Origin: Longimicrobiales bacterium
GTDB taxonomy: Bacteria > Gemmatimonadota > Gemmatimonadetes > Longimicrobiales > Gaopeijiaceae
Direction of reading: 5' to 3'
NCBI GenBank assembly: GCA_965226375.1
Contig: CBDDCX010000007.1
Location: forward strand, 1-64,000
DNA length: 64,000 nucleotides
Position numbers and translations under genes: made by a program. This document shows, piece after piece, positions 10,230 to 19,732 of the stretch (its first letter is position 1; each line of letters begins with the position of its first letter). The notes beneath the pieces were generated by a model. The model was not told where the DNA came from and did not search any database. It worked only from the letters and a program-made list of their open reading frames with translations.

Positions 10230-10835
10230 TCAGAGACCCGGAACGAAGGTAAGCCCCACGCTCAAGCTCGTGTCGAACTGTGTCCCCTCCCCGGTGCTCG
10301 TGCGTCCGTAGAACCATTGCGAGCCCTCAACGAAGGCCTCGAGGGACGTGCCGGAAACCGGATAGGCTAGACCGGCACCGAAACGGCCCGCAAGCTCGGT
10401 GAATGTGTAGTTCCTGCTGGGAGCGGTCCGATCGACGGTCACCATTCCACCGCCGGCGAGGAGATAGGGTGTGACGGCCGACAGGGGAAAGCGGACCTCC
10501 AGGGCTCCGCCGTAGTAGATGCGGTTGAAATCGACGAGCTCACCCTGCAACACGGTGGTCTCTCGGCCGCTGCTCCACGCCTTGGACACGTCGCCACGGA
10601 CCGCCACGTTCGGAGTCAACCGGAAAGTGAGCGACGCGCCAACATGGTATGCTGCGTCGAACTCGGTATCCCGAAAGACATCGAAGCCTCCGGGATCGGT
10701 GGTGAATCCACCGAAGCCGGTTATCGCGATTCCGCCTTCTCGGCCCACCTGCGCCCCCAGGGGCGACATGAAAGCACCCAACGCCACCACCAGAATGACG
10801 GCAAACCCGGTCTTGATTCTGCTCAAAGGGTTCAT
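10230..10835 (-). CDS. Small outer-membrane beta-barrel protein
   Basis: Signal peptide, alternating amphipathic strands, TPYLLAGGG, C-terminal SVGLTF. Confidence 0.8.
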   Translation of the reverse strand: MNPLSRIKTGFAVILVVALGAFMSPLGAQVGREGGIAITGFGGFTTDPGGFDVFRDTEFDAAYHVGASLTFRLTPNVAVRGDVSKAWSSGRETTVLQGELVDFNRIYYGGALEVRFPLSAVTPYLLAGGGMVTVDRTAPSRNYTFTELAGRFGAGLAYPVSGTSLEAFVEGSQWFYGRTSTGEGTQFDTSLSVGLTFVPGL

Positions 10836-10883
10836 TTCACTACTCTCGTTTCTCAGGAGATCCAGGGAGTGGACGAGGAGGCG

Positions 10884-10915
10884 GTGGCCCCGACCTCAGT
10901 CGAGGGGGGGGCCAC
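10884..10915 (-). terminator. Intergenic hairpin between susD and the OMP gene (terminator or stabilising stem)
   Basis: GTGGCCCC...GGGGCCAC stem; no clear U-tract. Confidence 0.4.
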
Positions 10916-10928
10916 ATTCCGTCCTCTC

Positions 10929-12377
10929 TCAGTTGACGTCCCACCAGAGGGGAGACGTGGGGCTGTCTCCCCCCTGCCGGGCTATCGCCTCAGCCAAGTT
11001 CGTCTTGTTCAGATCCTCTTCGTTCGCCGGGTACGGCGCCCGAAGCGGAACCCTGGGCTCAACCGCCGCCGGTCCCGGCACGAAAGCGGGAGTGTCCGTC
11101 CGACGATAGTTCGCCCACGCTTCCATCCCGTTGTCGTAGAGGGCAATCCACTTCTGGAACGCGATCTGCTCGCTCCACGACGCAGGATCGTACTCGATTC
11201 GCGGCTGCGCCAAGTAGGCGTCGATGTCCGCCTCCGCCACCTCGATTCGCCTCATCGCGGCCCGGATTCCATCCGTATAGAATTCGGCCGGGTCTCCGGC
11301 GATCCATCCTCGAGCGGCCGCCTCAGCCTTCAGGAAGAGGACCTCTTCCAGCGTAACGAGCCACGTCGGCCGATCCGCCTCCTGGTACCACAAGCCCATC
11401 CGGGAGAGGCTCTCGAACGCGAGCCCGTGCGTGTCCGGTGTGCCGTTGTCCTTCCCTACGTATTCGCCGCTCTCGAAGGCTGTTTGGTACACCACGGCGA
11501 TTCGCGGATCGTTCGTGTTCTTGAGCGAGTCCGACATAGTGATGCTGGCCCGGTAGTCGTTGGGCCGCTCCCGGAAATACTCTGACCAGGGCTGCTCGTT
11601 GGGCGGGGCCCCGGGATAGTTCAACGCGGGCGCCTGACGCGCGAGCTCGATCACCCCGTCCGACACCGCCGACGCCACCACGGACGCCGCCTTCGCCGGG
11701 TCTACGTCCGAGAGGCGCATACCCGCCCGGAGACGCACGGAGTTGGCGAAGCGTCGCCAGCCCTCCAGGTCCCCCTCGTACAAGATGTCGAAGCTCGGGT
11801 TGGTGAACAGGTCCCCCGACGTCCCGATCAGGTCCTGCGCCGCCTTCAGGTCGCCAATGAGGCCGTCGTATATGTCGGCCTGAGAATCGTACAGCGGCGC
11901 GAGGGGCCCGTCGATTCCCTGGGCCGCTTGGGAATAAGGAAGGTCTCCCCAGATGTCCGTCATCACATGGAAGAGCCACGACTTGTAGATGAGCCCAACG
12001 GCCTCCACATTGGGCTGGCCCGTCTCCCGGCCCTGATTGACCACCTCTTGAATGTCAATCACCGGGCCGAGCCAGAGGGTGTTCCAGCGTCCATCGGCAA
12101 AGTCGGCCCCCATCTCGTACCGGTCGTCATAGCCGTAGTCGAGGGAGGCGTAATGCTGCACCCAGGGGCTGGCCCAGTCCATGCTGACTGATCGTTGTCC
12201 CAGGATCGCGTTGACGCTCTCCTGAATCAGGGCCGGCATCAGGTATTGAGCGTCCACCGTCTCTGGAGCGTTCGGGTTCTGGTTGACCTCGGTCAGGATC
12301 TTCGTGTCGCATCCTGCCGAAAGCCCAACGACCAGGATAATAATCCCCAACGCTATGACCTCTCTCGTTCTGTTCAT
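10929..12377 (-). CDS. susD: SusD/RagB-family outer-membrane lipoprotein
   Basis: Lipobox LSAG-C, NQNPNAP, MTDIWGDLPYSQA, EEVLFLKAEAA, IAFQKWIAL, EAWANYRRT, terminal LWWD. Confidence 0.93.
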   Translation of the reverse strand: MNRTREVIALGIIILVVGLSAGCDTKILTEVNQNPNAPETVDAQYLMPALIQESVNAILGQRSVSMDWASPWVQHYASLDYGYDDRYEMGADFADGRWNTLWLGPVIDIQEVVNQGRETGQPNVEAVGLIYKSWLFHVMTDIWGDLPYSQAAQGIDGPLAPLYDSQADIYDGLIGDLKAAQDLIGTSGDLFTNPSFDILYEGDLEGWRRFANSVRLRAGMRLSDVDPAKAASVVASAVSDGVIELARQAPALNYPGAPPNEQPWSEYFRERPNDYRASITMSDSLKNTNDPRIAVVYQTAFESGEYVGKDNGTPDTHGLAFESLSRMGLWYQEADRPTWLVTLEEVLFLKAEAAARGWIAGDPAEFYTDGIRAAMRRIEVAEADIDAYLAQPRIEYDPASWSEQIAFQKWIALYDNGMEAWANYRRTDTPAFVPGPAAVEPRVPLRAPYPANEEDLNKTNLAEAIARQGGDSPTSPLWWDVN

Positions 12378-12457
12378 CCTCGATCTCCGCTTTTCGGGCG
12401 ATCTCGTCTCGTCCGTGGAGGTGCCGGTCATCATCGTCTCGTTCCCCGCGACGCAGC

Positions 12458-15400
12458 TCATCGGAGGCTCACCGTGAACCCGATGCTTCTGGGACTCGGA
12501 TTGAGGAACAGCTCCATCCCCTGTGCGTTTCCGCTGGTCCCGTTGAGTTCGGGGTCGATGTGCGGCACGTCGGTGAAGAGAACGAGGTTCCGCCCCACGA
12601 TCGCGATCCGCGCGCTCGAGATGGGAAGGTGCCGGACGATGTTCTCGGACACCGCGAAGTTCAGGGATACCTCACGAAGCTTGACAAACGATGCGTCGTA
12701 GATGGAGCGCTCGTAGGCGTCGGAGTAGAGGTTGCGCCAGTACACGGTCAGGGGAAGGGGCACGTTATTCGGCGTGCCGTCTGGCTTGACTCCTTCGTGC
12801 ACCAACTCGAAGTTTTCGCGCCCGGCGAGGGTCTCGATGAGCTGGCCGGTCCGGCGCTGGATCGCGCAGGTCTGGCAGAAGATGTCCCCGCCGTGACGAA
12901 TGTCCAGCAGAACGCTGAGGTTCAGCCCCTGATAGCTGAAGGTGTTTCGCCAGCCAGCTAGCCAGTCCGGCTGGAAGTTTCCGATGACCTGCTTCGTGTC
13001 GGTGGGGATCACCCGTCCGTCAAAGCCCACCATAACACGGCCCTGGGCGTCCCTCTGGGACACCTGGGCCATCATGGCGCCGTAGGGCTCGCCGACCCGT
13101 GCCTCCACCGTCAATCCGCGGCTCGAGCCGAGCACGATGGTCTCCAACCCCTCGGTGAGAGAGATCACCTTGCTATCGTTCGTCGACCAGTGCATCAGGG
13201 TCGTCCAGGTCAGCCCACCCGGATCGCGAACGAGGTCGAGAGCGAGCACCACCTCGACGCCCTGATTCTGCACCTCGCCCGCATTCAGAAGGCGCTGGGA
13301 AAATCCCGTGGTGTGGGAGATGTCCACGGGAAGAATCTGGTCCTTGGTGTTCGTCTTGTAGTAGGTCAGGTCGATGGAGCCGCGATCGTTCACGAAGCGC
13401 AGCTCAGTGCCGACCTCGATGGAGATCGTCTCCTCCGGCCTCAGTTCTGAGTTCGCGAGCTGGTTGGGGTGGGTGAAGCTGGGAGTGCTCTCCCAGAACG
13501 GGCCCTGGGCGAAGACCGAGAGGAGCTGATACGGCTCGGCGGCGGAACCCACCTTCGCCCAACTTCCCCTGAGCTTCGCAAACGAGAGCAACTCTGGAAG
13601 CTCGAACACGTCACTCAGGATAACGCTGCTCGAGACCGAGGGGTAAAAGTACGAGTTGTTGTCCGCCGGAAGGGTCGAAGACCAGTCCTTGCGGCCGGTC
13701 AAGTCCAGAAAGGCCAGGTTTCGGTACGAGGCCGTGGCCAGCCCGTAAACGGAGTTCACGCGCTGCTCGCCGAGGAACGCGTTCAAGATTGGCGGCCCCG
13801 CCGAGTTCCCGACGTTGTAGATCCCTGGCACGTTCAAGCGCCGAACGTGCGTGAACTCCCGGTCATCGATGTTGCGCCGAACGTTGCCTCCGCCGCGAGT
13901 GGCGATCTGCAGGTCGTCGGTCAGGCTGAAATCCGCCGTAACCAGGAACTCGGCGTTCGTTTCCTGCTGGTAGATCTTGTTGTTGATGAACTCACCCTCG
14001 GGATGCGCCAGAGCCAGAGCTGGAAACTGCTCGAACTGACGATGTGCAGACCAGTCGGTGCCGACCCGGCCCATGACGCTCAGCCAATCGTTGATCTGCT
14101 GATCCAGCCTGACGTGGCCGATGAAGCGGTCCCGTGTGTCCTGCGTCTGCCGCTCGTAGAGGGTGTAGAACGCACTGTCGAAGAAGTTGTGGTTCCAGTT
14201 TGGGGAGCGGGTGAGCGGATGGCCGGGATTGGGCACTTCACCCGTGTCCCTCCAGTGGAAGTAGGCGTCCCTCAGCCGGTCTATATCGTTCTGACGCTGC
14301 CAGTAGCTGAACACGACCCCCATGCCTCCGGGGTATCCACGGAAGACGGGGCGATTCTCCCCCTCGGTCTTGATGTAGCTGCCGGCACCGGTGAGGTTGA
14401 GCCTATCCGAGAAGTCCAGGCCGCCGGCCAGGTTGAAGGTGATCCGCTCGATTCCGGCATTCGGAACGAGTCCCGCCGCATCCATATAGGTCGTGGAGAA
14501 GCGGACGTGCTTGCCGTCCGCCGCTGCTGAAACGGCCACGTTGGTCGTCGAGATGTGTCCGGTCTGGAAGAGCTTCCTGGGGCTGTATGGGCTAGGCAAG
14601 AACGGCTGTGGGTTCGGATCCCACCACTGCCCGTACAGGGTGCCGTCCATCGCCGGACCCCAACTCTCGTCGGTCGCGTCGTTGAAGCCCGCCCCGGCGC
14701 CGTTCACCCAGTTATAGCCGGTGGGCGTCTGGCCGCCACCGTACCCGTTTTGTCTTGTCGGCAACCGGAGCGGGGTAGTCCAGCTGAACCCGGTACTTCC
14801 CTCGACCTGGAAGTCGCCGGCGTTAGCCCCGTTCTTGGTCGTGATGAGAACCACGCCGTTCGACGCCCGGGAACCGTACAGAGCCGCGGCGTTGGCGCCC
14901 TTTAGAACGCTGATCTCCCGGATGTCCGCGGGATTCAGGTCTTGGATCGCATTCCCGTAATCGACTCCACTACGGCCGAGGAAGTTCGCACTCAGGTTGC
15001 CCGAACAGCCGGTGTTGCACTCGGCGTTGGAGCTGTTGTCCACCGGCACCCCGTCCACGATAAAGAGGACCTGGTTGCTCCCGGAAATAGAGCTGAAGCC
15101 TCGGAGCACTACGCTTGAGGAGCCGCCGACGGGCCCCAGGCTCTTCACCTGCAGTCCCGCCGCCTTTCCCGCCAGGCTCGTGGAAATGTTATCCGTCGGC
15201 ACCTCCGCGATGTCCGATCCGCGGATGTTGTCCACGGCATAACCGAGGCCCCGCTCCTCCCGGCTGATCCCGAGAGCCGTGACAACCACACCCTCGATCT
15301 CGATGACTGATATCTCGAGGACGAAGTCCAACTGAGTTGTTTGGCCGGCTCGAACCGTCACCTCCTGGGCGCGGCTGGCATACCCAATCAACTGCGCTCT

Positions 15401-15643
15401 GATGGTGTGGGTGCCAGCCGGCACACTCTGCATGACGTACCGACCGGCCCCGTTCGTGAGGGCTCCCATCTGCAAGTCTGCGATCGATACCTGGCCACCC
15501 TCCAACGCCATACCGTCCGAGGCGGTGACGCTACCGCTGATGATGCCTGTCTGAGCCTCCGCTCCCTGGGGGAACGAGAGGACGTGCACCGCCACCACCG
15601 CTGCCAATGCCACTATCCGACGTATGTACCACAGCATATACAC
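12458..15643 (-). CDS. susC: SusC/RagA TonB-linked outer-membrane transporter
   Basis: Signal peptide, carboxypeptidase-regulatory-like N-domain, VVVTALG, ISVLKGANAAALYGSRASNGVVLITTK, DWSSTLP, LRPE. Confidence 0.96.
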   Translation of the reverse strand: MYMLWYIRRIVALAAVVAVHVLSFPQGAEAQTGIISGSVTASDGMALEGGQVSIADLQMGALTNGAGRYVMQSVPAGTHTIRAQLIGYASRAQEVTVRAGQTTQLDFVLEISVIEIEGVVVTALGISREERGLGYAVDNIRGSDIAEVPTDNISTSLAGKAAGLQVKSLGPVGGSSSVVLRGFSSISGSNQVLFIVDGVPVDNSSNAECNTGCSGNLSANFLGRSGVDYGNAIQDLNPADIREISVLKGANAAALYGSRASNGVVLITTKNGANAGDFQVEGSTGFSWTTPLRLPTRQNGYGGGQTPTGYNWVNGAGAGFNDATDESWGPAMDGTLYGQWWDPNPQPFLPSPYSPRKLFQTGHISTTNVAVSAAADGKHVRFSTTYMDAAGLVPNAGIERITFNLAGGLDFSDRLNLTGAGSYIKTEGENRPVFRGYPGGMGVVFSYWQRQNDIDRLRDAYFHWRDTGEVPNPGHPLTRSPNWNHNFFDSAFYTLYERQTQDTRDRFIGHVRLDQQINDWLSVMGRVGTDWSAHRQFEQFPALALAHPEGEFINNKIYQQETNAEFLVTADFSLTDDLQIATRGGGNVRRNIDDREFTHVRRLNVPGIYNVGNSAGPPILNAFLGEQRVNSVYGLATASYRNLAFLDLTGRKDWSSTLPADNNSYFYPSVSSSVILSDVFELPELLSFAKLRGSWAKVGSAAEPYQLLSVFAQGPFWESTPSFTHPNQLANSELRPEETISIEVGTELRFVNDRGSIDLTYYKTNTKDQILPVDISHTTGFSQRLLNAGEVQNQGVEVVLALDLVRDPGGLTWTTLMHWSTNDSKVISLTEGLETIVLGSSRGLTVEARVGEPYGAMMAQVSQRDAQGRVMVGFDGRVIPTDTKQVIGNFQPDWLAGWRNTFSYQGLNLSVLLDIRHGGDIFCQTCAIQRRTGQLIETLAGRENFELVHEGVKPDGTPNNVPLPLTVYWRNLYSDAYERSIYDASFVKLREVSLNFAVSENIVRHLPISSARIAIVGRNLVLFTDVPHIDPELNGTSGNAQGMELFLNPSPRSIGFTVSLR

Positions 15644-15798
15644 CTCCTACAAGAAAGCCTGTGCGCACCTCAACTCCAGCGAGAGTACGCTTCCAGCACC
15701 TCACCACCGCTTCACAACAACGCAACGCACGCGGGTATCAACCTTAGACGGGCAGGGTATCCTGTTGGCCGTGGCTTGCTGTATTACGACCGTAGGTC

Positions 15799-15839
15799 CG
15801 ACAAAAGGCCTACATCCACATACGACAAAAGGCCTACAT
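15799..15839. promoter_or_regulatory. Tandem 17-bp direct repeat upstream of susC (candidate regulator binding sites)
   Basis: CGACAAAAGGCCTACAT at 15799-15815 and 15823-15839 (24-bp period); possible TTGACG -35 on the minus strand at 15882-15877. Confidence 0.55.
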
Positions 15840-15888
15840 GGACAGCATTTGCTTATTTATCAGTCCATCCCCGGAGCGTCAAGTAGTT

Positions 15889-16038
15889 TGTCAACGGCCA
15901 TTGAAAGCTGCACAGGTCTGGCCATCGAAAATTGCACACTTGGCGGAGGTGACGAGCCTCTAGTTTGTCGTTTTCTCCTTAGCTCTTGCTCTCTTTCTCT
16001 TCGAGGGTGAAGGGCTCGACTCCGCAGGAGGCGAGTGG
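15889..16038 (-). mobile_element. IS21-family terminal remnant (end plus probable istB tail)
   Basis: TGTCAACGGCCA terminus with repeats GGCCATTGAAAGCTGCACA and GGCCATCGAAAATTGCACA; basic tail ...KRKRARAKEKTTN* cut by the IS3-like end at 16039. Confidence 0.7.
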
Positions 16039-16965
16039 CGGAACCTGTCAACGATTGTGAGACACTTGGGGTGATCAATTAGAGAGCAATCTCGTGTGAG
16101 GGAGGGTGGTTGGGCTGGGAGGATTGATCCAGACGGCCTCGGGGAGCGATATAGGCTTCGGCTGACCGGAGACGAAGCGTTCGGGATGAGCGGCCCAGGC
16201 CTCGCGGAGCACGGCCTCCCTGCGGGCGATGATCTCATCGGCGTGCCCGAAGTGAACCTGCTCGGGGGTGAGCATCGAGATTCCGCCATGCCGGTGCTCG
16301 GTGTTGTACCAAGGGAAGAACGAGCGACAGAACGTTTTGGCGTGACCCAGATCCGAGAACCGTCCGGGAAACGAGGGATGGTACTTCAAGGTCTTGAACT
16401 GAGCCTCGGAAAACGGGTTGTCATCTGAGACCTGGGGTCGGCTCAGCGAGCGGGTCACGCCGAGATCGGCTAGGAGCTGAGCCGTGCATTGGCTCGTCAT
16501 CGGAGCCCCGCGATCCGAGTGCAGGGTCAGGACCTGGGGTTGGACGCCGTACTTCAGACACGCCTGTTGGATGAGGCGCCCGGCCAAGGCAGAGTTCTCC
16601 CGATCCGCCACCATCCAGCCCGGCGTGTAGCGGCTGAAGATGTCCAGGATGACGTAGAGGTAGTAGTAGGTCCACTTCTCCGGTCCCAGCAGCCGGGTGA
16701 TGTCCCAGGACCAGACCTGGTTCGGGCCCGTCGCCATCAGCTCCGGTTTCTTGTATTCGGGGTGCTTCAGCTGGGGTCGGCGCTCCTGAACCGCCGCGCG
16801 GGAGGCCAGAACACGATACATCGTGCGTTCGGAGCACAGGTAGACACCCTCGTCGAGCAGAGTGGCCTTCACCTCGGCTGGCGATCGGTCTACGAACCGA
16901 GGAGAACACAGCGCGTCGTACACCTCGTCCTGTTCCTTCCCGCTCAAAGCCCGGGCGGGGGAGTG
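16039..16965 (-). mobile_element. IS3-like element, 5'-truncated (integrase-core half plus right end)
   Basis: NQVWSWDIT, LHSDRG, SRPQVSDDNPFSEAQFKTLKY, WINPP; end GTGTCTCACAATCGTTGACAGGTTCCG on the minus strand. Confidence 0.88.
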
Positions 16966-17135
16966 CCCTTGGCGCGTCAGGCGGTCGCGGACATGGGCAC
17001 GCCCATGCCATCCTCCGCCGGGGATCGCTCCCGACCAGCGATCCCTTCCAGGAAGGGTGTTCAGCGCCGCTGCGGGGCGGCGGACGTCTGTACCGGGACC
17101 GTCGGGACTTCGTCGTCGAATAGGGTGCATCGTCC

Positions 17136-18176
17136 ATGAGTCTGCTCGGATACCTCGTTCCCCGCATCGCCGCGAGTGGCGAGGAGCCGGCCGCGACGCA
17201 GGCACTCGCCTACCTCCTCAACGCCTCGACGGATATCGCCGAGGCGTTCGTCGACGTCGTGGGCTCGACCGGCATCGAGACGTTCACGCCGGGGCGCATC
17301 ACGGCCGAGGAACAGCACGGGGACCACTCCCCGGACCTGACGATCCGTGACAGGGACGGCGTGGTCCGGATCTTCGTCGAGAACAAGTTCTGGGCCGGAC
17401 TGACGAGTGCACAGCCGGTCACCTATCTCGAGGCGTTGCCGGACGACGCGTCGTCCTTGCTCGTCTTCATCGTACCGCACCAGCGAGCGTACGGCCTCTG
17501 GGGCGAGCTCCGGGAGAAGTGCCGCCGAAGCAAGCTCGAGCTCGACAGCGAGTCCAAGGGGGACGCAATCACCTGGGCACGGGTCGGCCAGCGCACCTTG
17601 GCGATCACGAGCTGGAAACACGTCCTGAACCGGCTGGAGGAAGCCGCCGCGGACCCCGCTCTCCGGCAGGACATCGCTCAGCTTCGAGGACTCACCGACC
17701 GGATGAACGCCGGCGCGTTCCTGCCGCTACACGAGGACGAAGTCACCGACGTGAACATGGCGCGCCGCCTGATCAACTACACCGGGCTGACCGACGAGAT
17801 CGTCGGCCGCCTCGTGACGGATGGCGTCGCCACCGTCGAGGGTTTGAAGATGGGAGTTGCCTATAACTACGCAGGTCGCTTTCTGCGCCTGCATGACAGG
17901 TTCGGCATGTGGCTCGGCGTCGATCACCTGGCATGGCGGGAACGCGGCATCACACCGATCTGGTCGAGACACGATACCAATTTTCCCTTCTCCGGCATCC
18001 AGGGCAAAGTCCAGCAGGCCGAGGAGCTATTCGACGATGCGCATGAGGCCGACGGTCGGCTGTACATTCCGATTCGCCTCACGACGGGGGCTGATCGAGA
18101 CCGCGTGATCGACGATGCGGTTCGACAGATGCGCAGCATCGCCGACAGGTTGCTGGAAGCATTTCCAGGTGGATAG
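17136..18176 (+). CDS. PD-(D/E)XK nuclease family protein (PDDEXK_4-like)
   Basis: EEPAATQALAYLL, SPDLTIRD...IFVENKFWAGLTSAQPVTY, ITSW; intact 346-aa ORF. Confidence 0.8.
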   Translation: MSLLGYLVPRIAASGEEPAATQALAYLLNASTDIAEAFVDVVGSTGIETFTPGRITAEEQHGDHSPDLTIRDRDGVVRIFVENKFWAGLTSAQPVTYLEALPDDASSLLVFIVPHQRAYGLWGELREKCRRSKLELDSESKGDAITWARVGQRTLAITSWKHVLNRLEEAAADPALRQDIAQLRGLTDRMNAGAFLPLHEDEVTDVNMARRLINYTGLTDEIVGRLVTDGVATVEGLKMGVAYNYAGRFLRLHDRFGMWLGVDHLAWRERGITPIWSRHDTNFPFSGIQGKVQQAEELFDDAHEADGRLYIPIRLTTGADRDRVIDDAVRQMRSIADRLLEAFPGG

Positions 18177-18251
18177 CGCAACCAGGACCTGAACCCATCG
18201 GGAGTTGGTGAGGATCGCGACCGGGACGCAGCTGATGGATCGACCCGGTAA

Positions 18252-18420
18252 GGGGGCGAGCCCCCCACCCGCGCGCTCCGCCGGAGCGCGGGTTCCGAGG
18301 GGGATCGAAGGGGGGCGGAGCCACCCCTCGCCAGCCCCAATGTGGCCACATTGGGTAAGCTGCTTACGCGCCTTAGACGCGGCCGACAAGCTCGTGCGCC
18401 GCAGCTGCGGGCGCACCGAA
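18252..18420. other. Hairpin cluster, candidate oriT or single-strand origin
   Basis: GGGGG-CGAG-CCCCC; CGCGCTCC...GGAGCGCG; perfect 20-bp palindrome CCCAATGTGGCCACATTGGG (18336-18355) followed by GTAAGC-T-GCTTAC. Confidence 0.45.
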
Positions 18421-18569
18421 GCTCGACGGAAATCGGGCGGCCCCCCGGTCCTCAACACGCCGACCGTCGAGCGCGAGCCGTTGCAGCTGTTTGGCGCGGA
18501 ACGCCCCACTCGCCGCCGCCGCCCGCCCGCGCCGTGGCTCTCGGCCCCGGCATCCTCGCGCGGTTCCGC

Positions 18570-18800
18570 CTAAGCGCCGTCATCCCGGCTCTCCTCGATG
18601 CGCTCGCGCATCCATTCGTCCACCTCCCCCTCGATCCAGCCCACGGCGCGCGATCCCAGCGAGACCGGGCGGGGGAAGCACCCCTGGTCCAGCCGCACAT
18701 AGATCGTGCTCCGCGCCAGACCCGTGCGGGCCTGCACCTCCGGCAGCCGCAGGAACCGGGTCGGCGGGTTCGTTCTCTGTTCCATCGGTTGTTCACTCAT
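18570..18800 (-). CDS. alpA: AlpA-family phage/island regulator
   Basis: RFLRLPEVQARTGLARSTIY...FPRPVSLGSRAVGWIEGEVDEW. Confidence 0.93.
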   Translation of the reverse strand: MSEQPMEQRTNPPTRFLRLPEVQARTGLARSTIYVRLDQGCFPRPVSLGSRAVGWIEGEVDEWMRERIEESRDDGA

Positions 18801-19077
18801 CGCTCTGATCCTCCTCGTTCTCTTCGTGCGTGACGTAGGCGTCCGGTGCCGATGGCGACGGGGGCGGCGCCCGCGGGCCACCCGAGCCCCCGTCGTAGTC
18901 GTCGATGAACGCCAGAACCCGGTCCACCGTCCTCAGCGACATGGAGCGTCCGCCCTCGATCTGGCGCATCAGATTCGGATCGCCCAACGCCTTCATGCCG
19001 AACGTCGTCGGACTCAGGCCCGTCCGCCCGAGGAACACCCTCACCCGCGAGTCGAACTGCTGCTCCAGCGTCTCCAT
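18793..19077 (-). CDS. Small Cro/XRE-like HTH DNA-binding protein
   Basis: FLGRTGLSPTTFGMKALGDPNLMRQIEGGRSMSLRTVDRV; stop overlaps the alpA start. Confidence 0.75.
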   Translation of the reverse strand: METLEQQFDSRVRVFLGRTGLSPTTFGMKALGDPNLMRQIEGGRSMSLRTVDRVLAFIDDYDGGSGGPRAPPPSPSAPDAYVTHEENEEDQSDE

Positions 19078-19142
19078 GACCGTAGTGCTCCCGCGTCTTC
19101 ATGGCCACAACGGTGAAGACCCGCATGCAAGGAAGTCAACTC

Positions 19143-19158
19143 TTAGGAAATCTCCTAA
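19143..19158. promoter_or_regulatory. Palindromic operator upstream of the HTH-alpA operon
   Basis: TTAGGA-AATC-TCCTAA in an AT-rich patch beside TTGACT (minus strand, 19139-19134). Confidence 0.5.
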
Positions 19159-19530
19159 ATGCCTGTAGCGGCTAGAGATAGCCAGTACGGTACGCGAGCT
19201 GTTGGATGGCTCCGCCAGTGGCATGGCAGACACACCCTCCGCAGCGCTCGCCAGAGGTTCCCGTCAAGGGTCTTGGAGATCGGTCGGGAGGCCGTCTGGT
19301 TGGGCGATAGTGAGGGAGGGAGACTGAGTAAGAACGGCCTCGTCGTGCTCCGCGAAGCGCTCGGGCAGGCTCCCCGTACTGAGCCGAGCCACGGAGACTA
19401 CCTTCAGCGCATGGTCCAACGCGGCGATCCAATGATGGATCCCTTTGCCGAGAGCGGTGTGGGAGTGGCAAGGTCCATCCAATGCAGGCAATTCGGTCGC
19501 GTCATTGCTCCGACCGACCGGCCGGCTCCA

Positions 19531-19732
19531 TTAGGCCGCTCCGGTCGGCACCCACGGTGGCACTGCGCTACTGATGTATTCGCACCACGCCTGAAGGACT
19601 TCGGCGCGGCGCTCCAGCAGGTCGGATCGCTGATACGCCTGAACAACCCGGCTTCTCGGGACGTGGGCGAGGCAGGCTTCCGCGACCTCCGCCGGGACGC
19701 CCGATTCGGCCATCCACGACCGCGCGCTCGAC
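19531..19732 (-). pseudogene. C-terminal fragment of a P4-like tyrosine integrase
   Basis: SSARSWMAESGVPAEVAEACLAH...VVQAYQRSDLLERRAEVLQAW (catalytic His and Tyr region); the upstream part is replaced by another gene. Confidence 0.85.

Noticed and set aside
15799..15938. CRISPR-like repeats
   Set aside because: Only two units of each repeat with 5-7 bp spacers and no cas genes; the second pair is an IS21 terminal repeat
19380..19510. DNA methyltransferase relic (MMDPFAESG resembles DPFxGSG)
   Set aside because: A single degenerate motif with no other MTase motifs; too weak without a search
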